Shown here: in pieces, positions 1-12,846 of the stretch | Layout: the number at the start of each line of letters is the position of its first letter | Numbering within the stretch: the stretch's first letter is position 1 | Source: Octopus bimaculoides | Taxonomy: Eukaryota | Reading direction: 5' to 3' | DNA: 64,000 nt | Assembly (NCBI RefSeq): GCF_001194135.2 | Contig: NC_068993.1 | Coordinates: 28,923,536 to 28,987,535 of the forward strand | Translations under genes and position numbers: made by a program | The notes under the pieces: model-generated | Seen by the model: the letters and a program-made list of their open reading frames with translations, nothing else | What the model was told of the DNA's origin: nothing | Database searches by the model: none

Positions 1-800
1 CACATTTTTCAGCTCCATTCTTCAGGAGAAAAATCCTTTTTACAGGGTCTATAACACTAGAATTTTCGAATATGCGCATAAATATCAGATATATAAAGAT
101 GAGAATGTGTGTCTGTGTGAATCCATAAAACTCAAGAACTACATAACCAATTTCATTCCAAATTAACACATGCCTTACTTAGGGCCATGTAGTGTCTTAG
201 GCCAAAACAATTTTTAACTTCTTGCATAGTTCGAGCCCACAGCAATATCATATCTCCTCCACTAATTCAGTATTACGTGTGAAAAGTGAAACAATAACAT
301 CACTCTACTGTAATGTCAGATACTTTCACTTTAACACTGAAACTATTCCACTATTTCGGTATTACATGTCAAAAGTGAAACAATAACATGTCGCTACTGT
401 AATTTCAAATACTTTCACTTTAATACTTTCAATTTCATACTGAAACTATTAAAGTGAAACTATACTCTCACATATGTACAGGTATACTATACGACCCAAG
501 TTAAAAACATTCCTAACAATTCAACTTCTCTGGTTGACATTAACACACCCACCCGCAATACGGGCCTTCATTCCCACATTTTAGAGCTCCATGAGCTCCA
601 TTTTTCAGGAGCAAAATCTTTTTTACAGGTTCCAGAAGACTGAAATTTTGGAATATGCGCATAAAGATCAATAGTATGGGATACATGTCTCATGATTATA
701 ATTTTTTTAGGGTGTGTAACGAGGGAAAGAACCCGCATGTGCAATTTTGATGAAATTCGAATCATATGTATTCCAGTTCCTTACAGAAAATATAACAGAA
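1..800. mobile_element. Helitron/HINE-like non-autonomous repeat region with internal duplications
   Basis: 1-90 is repeated at ~575-670, and there is an 89-bp tandem duplication (258-346 / 347-~450). The motifs tgtgtgtctgtgtgaatccataaaactcaagaactac and (minus) aatttcatcaaaatt resemble Helentron-associated interspersed elements. The class is an inference. Confidence 0.45.
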
Positions 801-2605
801 AAGTCTCATCCTTCAATTGCATGTAACACGGGCAACACTGGGTATCTCTGCTTGTATTATATATATATCTGTGTGTGTGTGTGTGTGTGTGCGCATGCAT
901 GCATATGTATATAAGATCATTACTGTCATCATTTAACATCTTTTTTTTGATCCGAGCTAGAGGACAATATTGAGCTCTAGTCTCTGTTTTACAATGGCTA
1001 GAATAGCTGGATGCCCTTCCTAATGCCAACCAATTTACAGAGTGTACTGAGTGCTTTTACTGTGATACAGGCACTAGTGAGGTCATCAAATGATTCACAA
1101 GACAAAGAGGAAAATCCTTGACTGAAAAGAGTTGTAGTGAAGAAGGAGTTGGCTCTATGCCAGATGTTGAGAAGCTCAAGTATGATAGATCAATGTCAGC
1201 TGCTGAGACATTTAAGTATGATGTGGAGTAGTCATGTATTTCCTCTATAACAAGAGACCCGTGCTTGCTATGCAAGGGACAGGTATCTTGCTACAGAGAG
1301 GAGATACATGGCTACCCAGTATTATACAGAAGTGGGTGGGATTGGAAAGAAGACTATGATGGTGGTTACAAGGTATCAGAGTGTACTCTTAAGATACAAG
1401 AAAGTGAGTATAAGAGAGAATATGGACAAAGAATTGGTAAAGGTGGATAGATAAGTTTGTTAAAGTGTAAGAGGAGAGTGATCAATGGTTAGAGATGGAT
1501 GAAGGTGAGAGAATAAGAATGGTTCCGGAAGATGATAAGTGGCAGCAGAGGAATAGAGGAGAGAAGAAAATATGGAGATGATGTGTGGCATGAGAAAATA
1601 TGCACACTAATAGAGATTGGTGCCAGAGGTCTATAAGAGTAGCTGTAGTGAGTGAGAGATAAAAGAAAGGTGAGGCTATTGACAGCAGGTATGCCAGGGT
1701 GATACAGATTAGAAGTGGGTGTTAAAGATAAGGTAATAGCGGTCCTACAATGCATCTCAGAGGAGAGGGAGATGAAGGGGTGATTGGTAATGATACTAAG
1801 AGGGATGAATTTTAAAAGAAAGTGGTTCCAGGGGGTGGGGTGGAGTTAATTAGCAAAGGGATGATGAAATATGCACATATTCTGTTCTCATATAATTATA
1901 GCAGCTGAATAATGCCATAATTAGAAAAGTGGTGGGATGGCTGTTAGGAATATGACAAGTAGGGAAGGCTTGCTAGGACAGATTGGGTGTAGGGGAAAAG
2001 CCTAGTGAGTGTGTAAAACATAAACATAATGTTTTTAGAGCCTTCACTTTTGTTGAGTCAAATGGGTCTTCTCTAGCACAGCAAATTGCCAGTCATCTCA
2101 ATCCTTTGTTATCTCTTCAATGAGGCTCAACACCTTGAGATCAGCCTTTATTATTTTGTCCCATATTTTTATGGGTCTTCTTCCACAGTTTCCATCCACA
2201 TTTAGCAATCAACACATTTTTTTGTGCAGCTAATCTCATCCATATGTATCACATATCCACACCAGCACAGTCTTCTCTCTTGCACACTGCATCTAATTTC
2301 TCTTATATTAATGACATTTGTACTTTGTCATTAACAGACACACTGACACTGAACATCCAACGGCATATACGATTTTCATTCATTTCTGATATTTATATGT
2401 CCTTTGTATTTGGGGCCCTCATCTCACTACCATGTAGCATGGTTGTTTGTACATAAGCATCATACAATCTAACTTTCAGATTCAGAGAAAGACCTTTTGC
2501 TATGAATGTAGGTAACAGTTCTCTGAACTTACCCTATCATGTCCTTATTCTAGCAACTATACTTTCAGAACATTCTCCTCCATTGGTAATTTGGTCACCT
2601 AAGTA

Positions 2606-3806
2606 CCAGGCTTTGCAAAAGTCCTATTACACTTAGTTTTGATCTTTCGAGAGGTTAACGTGTGCGATAAAAAAAGTGCTGCCAAACATACTTAAAGTTC
2701 TACTTTCCCAGCACGTGTCATTAAAACATCTTTTCCATTGTGTGCAGGTGTATTTAGATGGAAGTGAAAAGAATCAGGATCTCTGCTCTCCTTCACACAG
2801 TCCACAAGTCCGACATTGCCAAGTGGATGCCATTGTCAGCTGGATGACTGTCCATAGAGTTGCAGAGAGGTTCAAGAATGGGAAAGACCTCAAAGATCAA
2901 CCTCAATCAGACAGACTTCAAGTCAACTGTTTGGCTGAGTGAAAGGCCTTCAAAAGTGATCTGAAACTTAAAATGACTGCTCTTGTGAAGAACAACATCT
3001 CTGTGACCATGATGTCCAGGGCCATCAAGAAGGAGGGCGGCAAGAGCTTGTGGTGCATGGAAAGGCCTCTATGTGAGAACAATATCGGGAGTGCTGTCAT
3101 CACCTCCTCAATGACTTGAAGTGTCATGGCAATCGAATTCTCATTTTTCCTAATGAAAAATTCTTCAAACAGAATGACTGCATGGTCAGCTTTGGCCAGG
3201 ATGTCTCTGAGGTCTGCTACACGTCCACAACCAAGTACCCAGCCTTCATGATGATGCTCAGCATCATGGCTTTGAATTGTGAGAAGATGCTGCTGGTGTG
3301 ATTCAGAGCCAGTTACAGGCTCTCCACAGCTGACTACTGGGACATTTTGTCCATGTAAGTCCTGCCCTGGGTGAGAAAGATCACAATGAAGGTGGACTAT
3401 GTCTTTCAGCAGGACAGTGCCAAGACCATGCAAGAGTGGTTGGGGTCAAACATGAACTTCTGGTTGCAGAACTTTTGGCCACCACAGTCACCTGACCTCA
3501 GCCACCTTGACTACAGCATGTGAGTGCTTGTCGAGTGCAAGGTCCAGCACAGCAACATCAACAAGCTGAAGTCCTCTGTCAACCATGTGTGGGCCAGTAT
3601 GAGAAAAGACTTCATCTGCAGTGTGAGCACGACCTTCAGGTCCTGCCTCATGTATGTGCTCACTGTTGAGAGCAGCCACATTGATTAATATTAATATTTA
3701 AACATAAGTTGAAACAATAAAAATGTGTCTAACTGCATCAAAACTATTATTGTGTCCTTTATTGAGAGCATTGTAACGGATGCAACAGAACTTTTGCAAA
3801 GCCTGG
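2606..3806 (+). mobile_element. Tc1/mariner superfamily DNA transposon, maT (DD37D)-like, defective
   Basis: Perfect 17-bp TIR ccaggctttgcaaaagt / acttttgcaaagcctgg (about 26 bp imperfect), with TA TSD at 2604-2605 and 3807-3808. Confidence 0.92.
2758..3688 (+). pseudogene. maT-like transposase pseudogene
   Basis: MEVKRIRISALLH..., RILIFPNEK, STTKYPAFMMML, VFQQDSA, WPPQSPDLSHLDYS; several frameshifts and stops. The D2-D3 spacing is 31 aa, with an apparent small deletion. Confidence 0.8.
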
Positions 3807-4400
3807 TAATAGAAACTATCAACTACTTCTTCTGTATTTATTGCTTTTGTGCATTTGCTACATGCAAAGTCTACTTCCTCAGTTAACCTTTCTGTGATCC
3901 CTCTGCACCTCTTGTGTATCCATAGCTTGCACTGAGTACATTATATGGAATTTATATCAACACCTTTTTCTACATATCAAGTATATTCTGTACATTGCTT
4001 GTATGGCTTCCACAAAACAGTTGTCTAACCTTAGCTTCCTTAGGGATCACTAGATCACAGAGTGAGGGACTCAGTCAAAGGCTTTCCCCACGTCTACAAA
4101 TGCCAATTATAATGGCTTACTTTTAGGTAAATACTTCTCTTGCAGTTGTGTTACAAAACAGTGGGCATCAGTAGTACTTCTCTGTGGTGCAAAACTGAAC
4201 TACATCTCATCTAACCTAATTCTGTTCCTAATTAATTGGGCTATAACTCTTTCTCTAACTTTCATGAATTGGTTCATCAATCTTGATATCTCTGTATTAA
4301 CTTCTATCTAAGGCATCCCCTTTACATTTGTAACAGTTGACTATAATGCTGCTATGCCAGTCGTTGGGACTAACACCTTCCAGTCCAACCTGATTAACTA

Positions 4401-5661
4401 TTGGGTCATCGCATAAATAATGCAGATTTTTTATAATTCTTTTATTTTTCAAAATTAAGATAAACAAAGTTCTTTTTTAATCTAAAATATACTCTCTTTC
4501 TCTTTCTACAATGCTCCTCCATCTATCTGGTAGACTTGCAAGACCCTTCTTCCAAAATTCATGTGTCCGTGATGAAAAATACTCCTCCAGTACTGTTCTG
4601 ACCTCATCTACAGAATTCATATATTTTCCATCCAAATGATTTTGAAGACTGCAGAATAAATGATAGTCAGATGGGGCAATGTCCAGCGAATATGGTGGGT
4701 GGTGCATCGTTTCCCATTCAAACTGTTCCAGCCTTTGGAATGTCATCCTCATTGTATGTGGCCAAGCATTATCCTGATGGAAGAATACCTTTCGTCTTGC
4801 AATCAAAGATGGTCGTTTTTCTTCTAGCACTGATTTAAGCCGCTCAAGCTGCTTGCAGTAGAGCTCCTTTGTTATCATTTTGTTTGAGTTTAAAAGTTCA
4901 AAGTGGACTAACCTTTCACACCTCACCAAACAGATAACAACACTTTATGCGGGTGAAGACCTTCTTTAGCCTGGGGTGCCGGTGTTTCTCCTTTCCCTAC
5001 CCACTGTCTTTGGCACTTGACATTTTTAGAGAGAACCCATTTCTCATCACCAGTAACTATTTGGTTCAAAAAAGGTTCATTTGTGACATGTGACAGCAAA
5101 GAAGAGAACATATTCACTCTCTGCATGTGATTAGACTTGGAAAGTTTGTGAGGAACCTATTGACCCAATTTGCCAACTTTTCCAATGGCACGCAGGTGTC
5201 GATGACTGGTTGAATGTCCAAATCCAAGCTTCTCTGCTAGTTCCTCAACAGTTACAATGGAATTTTGTTCCACCAGGGTTTGCAGGATGTCCTCGCTGAG
5301 TTCTACAGATCTTCCAGGATGAGGCTCGTCTTCTAAGCTATAGTTTCTGGCTTGGAGTCTCTGGAACCACCATTGACACTGGCTTACACTTATTGTCTAA
5401 TCCCCATATACTGCATTATTTCTCGCACTTTCTGTTGTTTTGTTGTCTTTATTGAGCTCATAAAGCAAATTATGCTCCTTTGTCACTTCCATTATAGCTT
5501 TGAAAAAATAACTGTTAAAATCAAACTGCACTCTTCTAATAAAGACAAGGTAAAATTATTACCTGCTTTTATAGCAAGTTCATGCAGGTAGTTTATCTCA
5601 TCCCCCTCTGATTTTTAGTTCATGCAATTGAAAAAACCACATTATTTCTGGGATGACCCAA
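4401..5661 (-). mobile_element. Full-length mariner (DD34D) transposon, defective
   Basis: TIRs ttgggtcatcgcataaataatgcagatttt / aaaaccacattatttctgggatgacccaa; TA TSD at 4399-4400 and 5662-5663; 1261 bp. Confidence 0.95.
4477..5492 (-). pseudogene. mariner transposase pseudogene
   Basis: MEVTKEH...LEDEPHPGR..., *VPHKL (WVPHEL motif), IVTGDEKW, FHQDNA, HPPYSLDIAPSDYHLF; stops and a frameshift near 4925. Confidence 0.93.
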
Positions 5662-7004
5662 TACATGGGTGACTAGGCCATATCCCACTCCATCATCTTA
5701 AGCATCTCTGTGGTGATTGCTTATGGTCCAGGAGCTTCCCTTTCCTTCATATTCTTGTTTTATCAATCATACTGCTACCAGTAAGAATAACTGCTCCCTC
5801 TGATGTGTCGATGTTGGGAAGAGCCACTATCTCCTATATATTCTCCACATTTAATAGTCTTTCATAATAGCACTAAGTGCAAGTGTACTGTTATTCATCT
5901 CCACATACTCATCATCAAGAACATCTTGGTTTTCTCTGATACACTGTCTTGCAATCCAGAATACAATCATGTCTCTGATTTCTATACCATAGAACATTGG
6001 CAAACCTCTTCCTTTCTGCTTCTCCCTTTGCTAAATAGATCTGCCACCAAGATTCTTTTCCAGGTACCTAATATAATTCTCTGATACCCCCATTCTTCCA
6101 ATCCTTCCGCTCCTTCCAGCACTGTCTCTTCATTTTTATGACTCTGTCAACTTCACTGTTCTTCAACAATGTCACCTTTCATCTGACTGGTACTTTGCAG
6201 CCATCACAAATTTGTCCTATATGAACTTCCAGTTCTTCTCTAGGTGATATTTTTTTTTTACTCCTCTTACTTGTGAAATGCTTCAACTAGTACTTCTCTA
6301 AATTTCTGACAATTCACTGAATCTTTAAACTTCCATAACTTCCCTTTTAAAACTGGTTTGTATCACTGAGTCCTTTTAGCTTTAAATCTAAAGCCATTGG
6401 CCAGTAACTTATATTGCATACATTCTTCACTCAGGAAGGACTGTGTATTTACACACATCTGTCAATCCAGTTTTCTAATGAGAACATAGTCAATCTGGCT
6501 TGCATGCCCACCAGATAGTTAGGTGATCAGGTGACAGGATGGTTTCTTGAAGTTGCAGATAAGGTAATTTGCATTACAGAATTCCAAGAGCCTTGTTCCC
6601 TCCTCATTTCTAGGACCAAAGCCATTGCTTCCATTTACATTTTGTAATCCAATGAAGACATCAACCATGAATATAAAGGTACTATCATTCATCATTGAGG
6701 CAATCTGGAAAAGGAAAAGGGCCATTTGAAGTCAGTTCTTCTGTCAGGACCAATTGAGAAGCATATACAGAGATAAATGTTGCTGTTGTATTTTCCAGCA
6801 TTTGTGTAGCTTAATTATCCTTTCACATACTTTGATTACCTTGTCTATTTCTCTACCAAGAGTATACCCACACCATGACCAAGAGAAGTACATTATCATT
6901 CATGTTAAGGATGATTGGCAATGATGATTGTGTGCATACACTACAAATACATTTTACACACACATACAAACACATACTGGCACATAGATATTAAACATAC
7001 TTGC

Positions 7005-7085
7005 ACTGGTTTCACTAGTCCTCAGTCAAATCGTCCAGCCCATGCTAGCATGGAAAGCGGATGTTAAACGATGATGATGATGATA
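7005..7085 (+). mobile_element. RTE LINE 3' terminal stub with (GAT)n tail
   Basis: cagtcaaatcgtccagcccatgctagcatggaaagcggatgttaaacgatgatgat matches the terminus of the longer RTE copies (e.g. 47990-48062). Confidence 0.85.
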
Positions 7086-7088
7086 TAT

Positions 7089-7302
7089 GAGGTGGTGAAT
7101 TGGCAGAAATGTTAGCATACTGAGCGAAATGCTTAGCGGTATTTCCTCTGTCTTTACGTTTTGAGTTCAAATTCCGCTGAGGTCAACTTTGCCTTTCATC
7201 TTTTCGGAGTCGATAAGTTAAGTACCAGTTGCATACTGGGGTCGATCTAATTGACTGGCCCCTCCCCCAAAATATTCGGACCTTGTGCCTAGAGTAGAAA
7301 AG
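7089..7302 (+). mobile_element. tRNA-derived SINE (family 1; OR/CORE-like)
   Basis: A-box-like tggcagaaatgttag, B-box-like gagttcaaattcc, conserved body gtaccagt...ggggtcgat; homologous copies at 7476, 52195 and 52420. Confidence 0.85.
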
Positions 7303-7475
7303 GATATATATATATATGTGCATACACTGTGGAAGAAATAGGCAGGAAGAATGCTACTGATTAGTAGTGACAATGTGAGTGAATAAGAAGGGAAGATGTG
7401 GAGAAAAATACAAAAGGGAGCCGTGTTGCTCTCCTTTTAATTAAGCCATCATTATCATTATTATTATTAGCATTA

Positions 7476-7695
7476 AGGCAGCAAGCTGGCAGAATCAGAA
7501 AAGCTTAATAACATTTTGCCTATCTTTACGTTCTAATTTCAAATTCTGCTGAGGTCCACTTTACCTTTCATTCTTTTGGGGTTGATAAGATAAGTACCAT
7601 TTGAACACTGGGGTTGATGTAATCAACTTAACTCCTCTCCACAAACTGCTGGCGCTGTGCCAAATTTGAGATCATCATCATCATCATCATCATTA
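7476..7695 (+). mobile_element. tRNA-derived SINE (family 1), older copy with (ATC)n tail
   Basis: Aligns by eye with 7089-7302. Confidence 0.8.
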
Positions 7696-7932
7696 TCATA
7701 GTCACCATACTGTAAAATCATACAAAGTTGGAGCTCCATGATTTGTAAGTGTTCAATCAAGCATTTCAGCTGGTTGCAGCCTGTTCAGTCAAATATTTTT
7801 TAATAACTGTTTTGTTTGCATTGTCTGGATCTTTGTGTAATTGCACCTCCTTTTTGGGGGTGTAAACTCTGTAATGATTGTTTTGCATTTTTGTGTAGAC
7901 AAGATTTCATTTATTTTTCCAGTTTTTAAAAA

Positions 7933-9650
7933 ATGTCGGATTACGACAATATTATAATACTTGACAAAGTTGTAACTTCGAACACAGACATGGCTAAAGT
8001 TAAAACTGATTTCTCATCAAAGAGAAATATAATTTCCACTTGTTATTGTGATGACAGTAACAAGTGCAATGGTACTAGTAAAGACAGTGAAAACAATAAC
8101 AACATCTGCAATAGCGACTATGTGAACAGCAGCAGCACAAACAGTAGAAACAATAATAATAGTAACTGTATCAACACCAACATCAGCAACATGAACAACA
8201 ACAAGATTGAAAACAATAACAGCGAAAAGAACAATGCAGTTATCAATGGTAAATGGAAAACAACAACAGCAATGGCAATAATAGCATAAAGAACCACAGC
8301 AGAGCTACACCTTTTTGAAAAGCAGTTAGCCAATAGACTGTCCATTCAGTTGAAGATTTGGAAAATAAAGCACTGTGATACAAAAGTGACATTATGCAAC
8401 CAGGCTTTATGTGCCTCAGTGAGGAGGGAAAAATGCTCCAAATGACAAGCAATTGTCTAGAAATGTTTCTTGCAAAGAAAGGAAACTTAAATTTCCTACT
8501 CCAGCAGAGACCGAAAAATGCCTTGAAGATGTGTGGCCCTCAGTGCTTCACATATTCAAAGTTAAACAGTGCGGGACGGTAGCTACTATATGCAGCAGTG
8601 AGCAAGAAGCCAGAAGAATGGCTACTATAACTTGCACATCTCAGGCTTTTGTGGTGATTCCCCATTACATGAGTAAATGGCTGACTCAAATTTGAGTCAA
8701 GAACATGTCAGTTCCCCATGATCCAGTGAGGGTTTTAGCCATTCTGGAGGAGCATGGGGAGATTGTGGAGGTGAAGTCCACCCCACAACTCAATAGGACT
8801 GGAATTCTTATGGAATCCCAGATATTAGTTTCTCCAGAGAAAATAAATCACATTCCTGATTTTTTTCTTTTTCAAGGAATGTGAACAGATGCCCGTTTAT
8901 ACAGAAGGAAAAAAAAAAACAAAGTGAGTGGGAATATTTTTTAAACCTCAAAGCTTTTTTCCACACACTGGAGAAAACATGAAGCTCTACACTGTTACTA
9001 CCAACTCCTCAAGGTGTAGGCAAAACTACTACCTCATATCTGCCTCCTTCCTCTGACTCAGGCCTCACAAAAGCAAAGACCTCATTGACATAACACCAAA
9101 AGGGCTTTGTCAGGAATAAGAGAAAAACTGAATCTGAAGTAAGCGGAGACTGGCCCAAATTGAAGGCCTTAGGACATGATAGTAAAAAACAAAATCTGTC
9201 ACAACACCAATTAAAAATCAAATCAACATTTTCATCATAAGAAAACCCATTTTTCCAAATATTTTCACAACCACAAAAACACAAAAAGAAAAAGGAACAA
9301 CTGAAAAACAAAATGACCAACAATCACACTCATGAGTATGTACTTTCTTCATCAACTTCACTGTGGTTCAGAAGAACAACATTGAATTGATTGAGGAAGT
9401 AATTAGTAAAAAAACATTGTAACAAGTAGAGAAAATTTTTTGGAACTCCATCAGACAGGATGTTAATCCAAACAGATACGGATACGTATCCGGGTTTGAA
9501 ACAAAAATTTGCCCAGGACATTAGAGGGCTTAGTAAATAACCCCACAAAAAAAATTTCTAAAAAACCTTTCCCCACTCCTACTTTGACCAAAAAGAAGAT
9601 TGTGTCAACAGTCATCCCTGAAGACTAAAGTATGTAACTCCATGTTCTTT
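7933..9650 (+). pseudogene. Tx1-like ORF1 remnant
   Basis: ETEKCLEDVWPSVLHIFK...VVIPHYMSKWLTQI is homologous to NVEKCLAPVWNDITHITR...TLLPSYRGRRTSHV in copy B ORF1. Confidence 0.65.
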
Positions 9651-9655
9651 TTTAA

Positions 9656-12600
9656 ATGGCTACATTTAGAGTAGGCTGTGTAAATGTCCAGGGCCTGGGT
9701 TCGGTTTGGAAGCAGAGTCACTTGCTCAACGATCTCAGGTCCCTTGATTTAAATGTGACAGCAATTAGTGAGACAAGGATTTCTAGGAAACATGCTCTAG
9801 CATCCATTTTCGAAGACTATGAGATATTCTCATTTTGTGGTCTGTTGGGAGCAGGTGGCAGTGTAGCAATGTTATTCCGAAAATCCTTAGGTCTCAAAGT
9901 TAGGGCAGTCTTGTTGAACCCAGGCAGTAGGTTGGTGATCCTAGACATGAATAGCAGTGAAGGTGGTGCCTTTAGACTAGTGGCCATATATGCCTCAACA
10001 GGGGCTGGCAGCCCAGATTTCTTCAGGCAACTAGAAACATTCCTGGGAATGTCTTGCACTTTAGTACAAGTGGGGGACTGGAATAGTATTTTGGATGCCT
10101 AGAAGGATTATGTGGGTCTTGTATATAGAAGAAGCGGGTGTAAAAGTCTCAAAGACCAGCTCAGAAACTTCCAGCTGTCTGACAGGTATTTAGTGGATTT
10201 CCTTGATGTGTCAGTATGGACATGGAGCAACCACATGGGCTATCCAAGTTATATCCAGAGAGATTATTTGTTAGGTCAGCAGATAAGGATAACATAGGGT
10301 ATCCACAATTCAGATCAATTGGCTACACAGATCACAAATCTGTGAGCTGCACAGTTGATTTAGATAGGACTTGTAGACAGGGACTTGGTTACTGAAAGCT
10401 GAACATGTTCTTTCCAACACACAAAGACTACAGGGACCAGATTAGCGAACTACTTAAGCGGATGTTGATGGAGGCAGTCATCAACAACCGGTGGTGGATA
10501 GCCCTGAAGAGGTCAATTAGAGCAGAGCTGATAGAGTTTAGCAAAGAGTTAACAATAGAAAGAAATAGATTAGAGAGAGAACTAGTTAGCAAACTAGAAG
10601 ATGTGATTAATAAAGGCATCATGACTGATGTGTTAGCAGCAAGAATGACTCTTGACAATTTCTTTGATGTGAAACATGAAGGATGTATTGTCAGAGCTAA
10701 GGCCTGTGCGCTAAAACATGAGGGAACTAAAGCCGTCTGATGAGCCCGAACAGTGGAGACACGACATAGAAACAAAACCATGATCAGGTCATTGACAGAT
10801 CTGGGTGGGCACGTGCTACATGCTTCTGAGCAGATGTCTGCAGCTTTTCAGCAGCAACTGTTTGGAGAGGGTGATGGGTCAACAATGGTAGCAGACTTTA
10901 GTTCATACCTAGACAGCCTGCAGTGGCTCTCAGCAGCAGACACAAGGTTCTGTGAAAAGCTGATAATAGCCACTGAAATGCAAGAGATAATGAGAAATTG
11001 CACAAGTTGCAAATCACCAGGTTTAGATGGTCTGCCCTATCGATTCTATATATTCATGCCAGATTTGTTTGGTGACCTCTTGACAGATATCTACCACAAT
11101 TGGCAAAAGAATGGGAGAATTCCTAGTGCTGTTAGTTGGGGTGTGGTGACACTGCTGAAGAAAGATGCTGACAGTGAGGCTGTACTAGGGAATTTTCAGC
11201 TCATAACACTGCTAAACATAGAATTTACAACCTACACTTTATTTGATACATCATAGAGGAGACGGCAGCTAAAGTTGGCTTCAGTGGGGCCCTGATCAAT
11301 TTGGACCAATTGAAAGCATTCAACAGGGTTGACCATTGCTACTTAGAGGGCATCCTTAAAGTGGCTGGTTTCAAACCTGTTTTCAGAGGCTAGATTGCAG
11401 CAATGCACAGCAGCACCTGCTCAGTAGTCAAAGTAAACGGCCATCAATCAGAACCGTTTAGCATAGCATGCTCAGTCCATTGGGGCTGCCCATTCTCTCC
11501 ACTTCTGTATATGCTGACTCTCGAATCACTGCTGTGAAAGTTGGAAAAATTGAGGGGCATCCCTTTGAAACTAGGACATGGGAGGACAGTGTTAGCATAT
11601 GCAGACGATGCCACTATCAAAGTGGTGATGGTCATCTCCATTTTAGAGGAATATGAATTGGTTGGCAGGGCCAAAATCAAGCTGAGAAGTTGGTGGGATT
11701 GTGTCTGGGCACCTGGCAAGGCAGGTCAATGCTGTCAGATGGTGATGTTGGATTCTGGACTGATGGGCCAGTTAAACTGCTCAGGCCAGCTAAACTGCCC
11801 CAGGTGGATAAGAACTAGGACGAGGTGACAAAATAGGGTGGCTAGTCTTACTCAAAAATGGGCAGAGAGAAAGCTGTCCTTGAAAGGTTGGGCAGAGGTG
11901 GTGAATTCCTACATTGCTTCCATCATCATTTATCATTTGACCATTGTGACTTGCCCCAGTTATTGCTTGATCAAGTTAGAGTGTCTCTTGTTCATTTTCT
12001 TGTGGAAGGAACATGTTCCAATGGTCAGATGGTCAGTCTGCTGCCAGCTCCCTCTGAGTGGTGGATTAGGCATGATGGGGCTTTTGATATGCAGACACAC
12101 TCAGATTGCACCACCTGCAACAGTTTCTAGAAGGTGAATGTGTGTGGGCTCCATTTGTGAGGCATGTCTTTCTGCAACTTGTCTCTTTAATGAAGCTGCA
12201 GCCCTGGGTGAAGGATAGACCAAGACTGGGTGCCCTTCACCTAGAATGTCTTCAAGTACTCACTATCCTCTACCAGTCAGGCAATAGGATCGGTGGATGT
12301 TCCTCTTCAGCTATATATAGAGGATTAGTAGTGGGGAATTTCGACGAAATCCTAGGAGAGACTCTGGACATCGACAAAGATGGACTGGGTAGTCTATTCT
12401 GGAGGACTTTTCAGTTGGGGGCTATTACGGATAATTTCCAGATGTCTTTGGCTTGGCAGTGCTACCAGGGGACACTACCAGTTCAAGATAAACTCTACAG
12501 GTATGCATGTGCTGTCAAATGGGCTTGTCTAAGATGGATGCAGAGTGATGAAACCGTTCTGCATGCACTTGTTTAGTGTCCAGGAATTGCTGACATGTGG

Positions 12601-12846
12601 AGTTATGTCTAACAGCTGCTGTCACGTGTGGGACGGGTCTGTCTGTTATCCAAGTCCATAGTGATGATTGCCCAGCTGCCCTTCTTTAATCATGTAGGCA
12701 AGGCAGTTTTCCTTTGCTTGGTGGCTGTAGCGAAAGAGATTGTCTGGTGGATAAGGCTGAAAGGAATGAGGACAGAGACATTCCTATTTGGTAAAGCTCT
12801 CAATGACTTGTTCAAGTTAGGGTGGAGAGGGGCGTGCTGTCTTTGA
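9656..12846 (+). pseudogene. Tx1-like ORF2 (APE endonuclease + RT + C-terminal Cys motif) pseudogene
   Basis: MATFRVGCVNVQGL, GDWNSILDA, SPGLDGLPYRFY, AYADD, GGLG, SDETVLHALV; many stops and frameshifts. Confidence 0.9.

Larger units (their letters stand above)
905..6890 (-). mobile_element. RTE-clade LINE, 5'-truncated and decayed, interrupted by two DNA transposons
   Basis: The minus strand encodes APE endonuclease (GFGPRNEEGTRLLEFC, 6519-6725), GKAPGP, AFVDVGKAFD, a Cys-rich finger and the C-terminus. A ~1.1 kb pyrimidine-rich 3' UTR and the RTE terminal motif (gctggatgcccttcctaatgccaacc on +) follow. The frame is continuous across both insertions once one TA is removed. Confidence 0.9.
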
